Below are positions 61,776-64,000 of a DNA stretch of 64,000 bases, in pieces (within the stretch, counting starts at the first letter, position 1; each line of letters opens with the position of its first letter). This stretch comes from Hypanus sabinus (taxonomy: Eukaryota), in assembly GCF_030144855.1 (NCBI RefSeq), contig NC_082730.1:13392001-13456000 (forward strand), read 5' to 3'. Below the pieces are notes generated by a model. It was not told the DNA's origin and searched no databases. It was given only the letters and a program-made list of their open reading frames with translations. Made by a program: the position numbers and the translations under genes.

Positions 61776-64000
61776 CTAGAAAGGCAGAAAGTCACTGATT
61801 AAGAGGTGCGATTTTGCAATGTGGTTGGTGATATTTCTCATCAAGAAACACTGTTGCTGGTCTCCAGGTGGAGTGCCATCAATGGATGGATTTATGTGGT
61901 GGTGGATGTGGATGCTGTGTTGGTAGGCTGGTGTGCGAGTCTGTCACACTGTGGGGCTGCCTTGGGGCTGTGGTGTGTGGAGTGTGGATGTTGGATGATG
62001 TACAGGCTGGTGGGGCCCAAAGGGAGACGACTGTGAGCTGTTTGCTGTAGGATTTGTGAATGAAGTGGCACAAAGCTATTTGGGGAGTGGGAGCTGTCTC
62101 GTACCATGTTAGAACATTATGGTGAAATTAGATCGGAGATAAACGGAGGTTTGGTGTCAGGGTATGCATGTGATGAGATTTGTATGTCTCCAAATGGTGA
62201 TCATTCTCTCTAGCTCTGACAAGCTAAACATGAGTGTGCAGTGCCATTTCATCAGAAGAATAATTTTTATGGATTGAGTTTGAGAATGTGGCTCAAGGAC
62301 TGAAGACCCAGAGGTGACCTGGCCTGATTGTCTATGTGTGTGGGGTGGGGTGGTGAGTTAGTGTATGGAAGGGATGGGAAAGGAACAAATATTGCTGTTA
62401 TTGTTTTGTTGTTGTTTTTCCGGTTCTTGCTTATATTGTTCTGAGGAGCAATGTGGAATGTTATTTTGTTAATAGAATGTGTGGTGACACTTACGAATGT
62501 CCTTGGCTGTGCTGATTTCTAATGGAAAAGATGCATTTCACTGTATGTTTCAATGTACTTGTGAATCTGAATTCAAAAACAATTATTAGCCTTAATTTCA
62601 ATATTCTTCTTCTAATATGCATCTACATACATTTTGTTCAGTTATATAACCATTTGTTTGTCCCCACTGATGTTTCACTCCAAGGATAATGGTTAGTAGA
62701 TACAATCTCAAGAGTTGCATGCCAATATCTTTATTTTGTTTGAAGTTCAAAGAGATTCAGCATTCCAAGGAGCTCACTAACAAGCTTCTAAATATGTACT
62801 TTTGAAATCATCTTGACATGTTACATCGTGGTCTGGTAATTCAGATGTACAGAAAAATACGTAGTTGAAGAGGGTACTGGACTCTGTCTATTGCATGATG
62901 GGAACATCCTTCCCCACCACTGGGCTTATCAACAGGAGGCAGAGCCTTGTGAAGCATCAACCATCATGCAAGATCCATCATTTGGACGGTGCATTTGTCA
63001 CCACTACCATCAGACAGGAGGTACAGAAGCCTGAAGTTTGACATCACCAAATTCAAGAACAGCTACTTCCATTCAACTATTTGGTTCCTGAAGGAACTGC
63101 AGAACCCTAATCCTTATCTCAGTATTTTTTTTATTTAAAGATACAATGGAACAGCAACCCACCTCTTTAACCCCAGGCTTATCAAAGGGCAACTTACAAT
63201 GACTAATTAACCTGTAAACTGGTATGTCTTTGGACTGTGGGAGGAAATCACAGCAGCTCAGGAAACCCACATACACATGTGAAGAACCTACAAATTTCCT
63301 TAATGAGGATACTGGAATTGAATTCTGAACTCTGCCACCCCGAGCTGTACAGCATCACGCTAACTACTACAATAACGTGGCACCCTGTGATCAGAATCAG
63401 AATCAAGTTTAACAGCACTGGAATTTATCATAAAATTTGATGTTTTTGCCGCAGCAGTACATTGCAATACATAATAATAAAACACGGGATTACAGTAAGT
63501 AAATATATGTAAAATAGTGAAGCTAACTAAGTAATGTAAAAAAAGTAGTAAGGTATGTTTATGGGTTCAATTTTGATTCAGAAATCAGATGGCAGAGGGG
63601 AAGGATTGTTCCTGTATTGGTGAGTGTGTGCCTTCAGGATCCTGTACCTCCTGCAGAAGAGGCCATTTGCTGGGTGATGGGGGCATTAATGATGCGTGCT
63701 GTCTTTTTGAGGCATTGCAGTATGACAACTATATGATCACTTTGACGTCTTTGCAATACAATCAATCTTTTGTCTAATTGTGTAATTTCTTTTATAATTT
63801 TATATAATTCATGTTTTTCTTGTCAATGTTGTGCACCTGATACTCTGTGTCCGTGTTGCTACCACATGTCAGTTCTTCATTCAACTTGTGCACGCACATA
63901 TCTATGCAAATGACAATAACTCAACTTTGAGTTAATGTGCATGTTATAATCTCTTCTGTGTGAAGCCATTATCTCAGGGAATTCACAGCAACTCTTCAGC

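Larger units (their letters stand above)
37099..64000 (+). repeat. Segmental tandem duplication, copy 2
   Basis: Collinear with 1-22586 plus a 4.2-kb LTR element. Identity drops sharply after about 62100. Confidence 0.95.

Noticed and set aside
1-64000. CRISPR arrays, rRNA or prokaryotic systems
   Set aside because: None seen. The sequence is intron- and retroelement-rich vertebrate DNA.

Overview
Vertebrate genomic DNA, probably from a cartilaginous fish. That assignment is inferred from the repeat complement (CR1, Rex1/Babar-like LINEs, Penelope, V-SINE/HE1-like SINEs). Most ORF-track entries are repeat debris or antisense noise. Reading minus-strand splice sites reveals a head-to-tail array of CD300/pIgR-like (MDIR-like) Ig-V immune receptor genes. 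Gene B is complete: leader 52697-52601, V1 42193-41882, V2 34765-34454, Ser/Thr stalk 30499-30379, transmembrane exon with an intramembrane Arg 22753-22646, and a probable tail exon 20431-20350. All junctions are GT-AG and phase-compatible, giving about 343 aa: MELLQGELTHQKQPRIVESIVLLFLISVGFTSG-STALTGPEMVRGVVGESVTLEC...FPEG-LTGPEKVRGVVGQSVTVEC...VSEE-KEATTLEISTEIMWTTSPRNWMSTKKAESTETSVSSHPMR-NTERKIHYVWALTRWILFGVLVLSTISTSCMTAFPR-QADEKVHEKQNLRQIQISTVSRPELH*. Gene A shows only its 5' part (leader 11353-11257, V1 5093-4782). Gene C shows only its 3' end (61775-61694). Bases 1-22586 are repeated at 37099-64000. The second copy carries a young, near-intact 4.2-kb Gypsy element in intron 1 of gene B. 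V1 and V2 arose by an older intragenic exon duplication and show loop-focused, mostly non-synonymous divergence. Counts and identities are hand estimates, and repeat boundaries are approximate unless a TSD or TIR is given.
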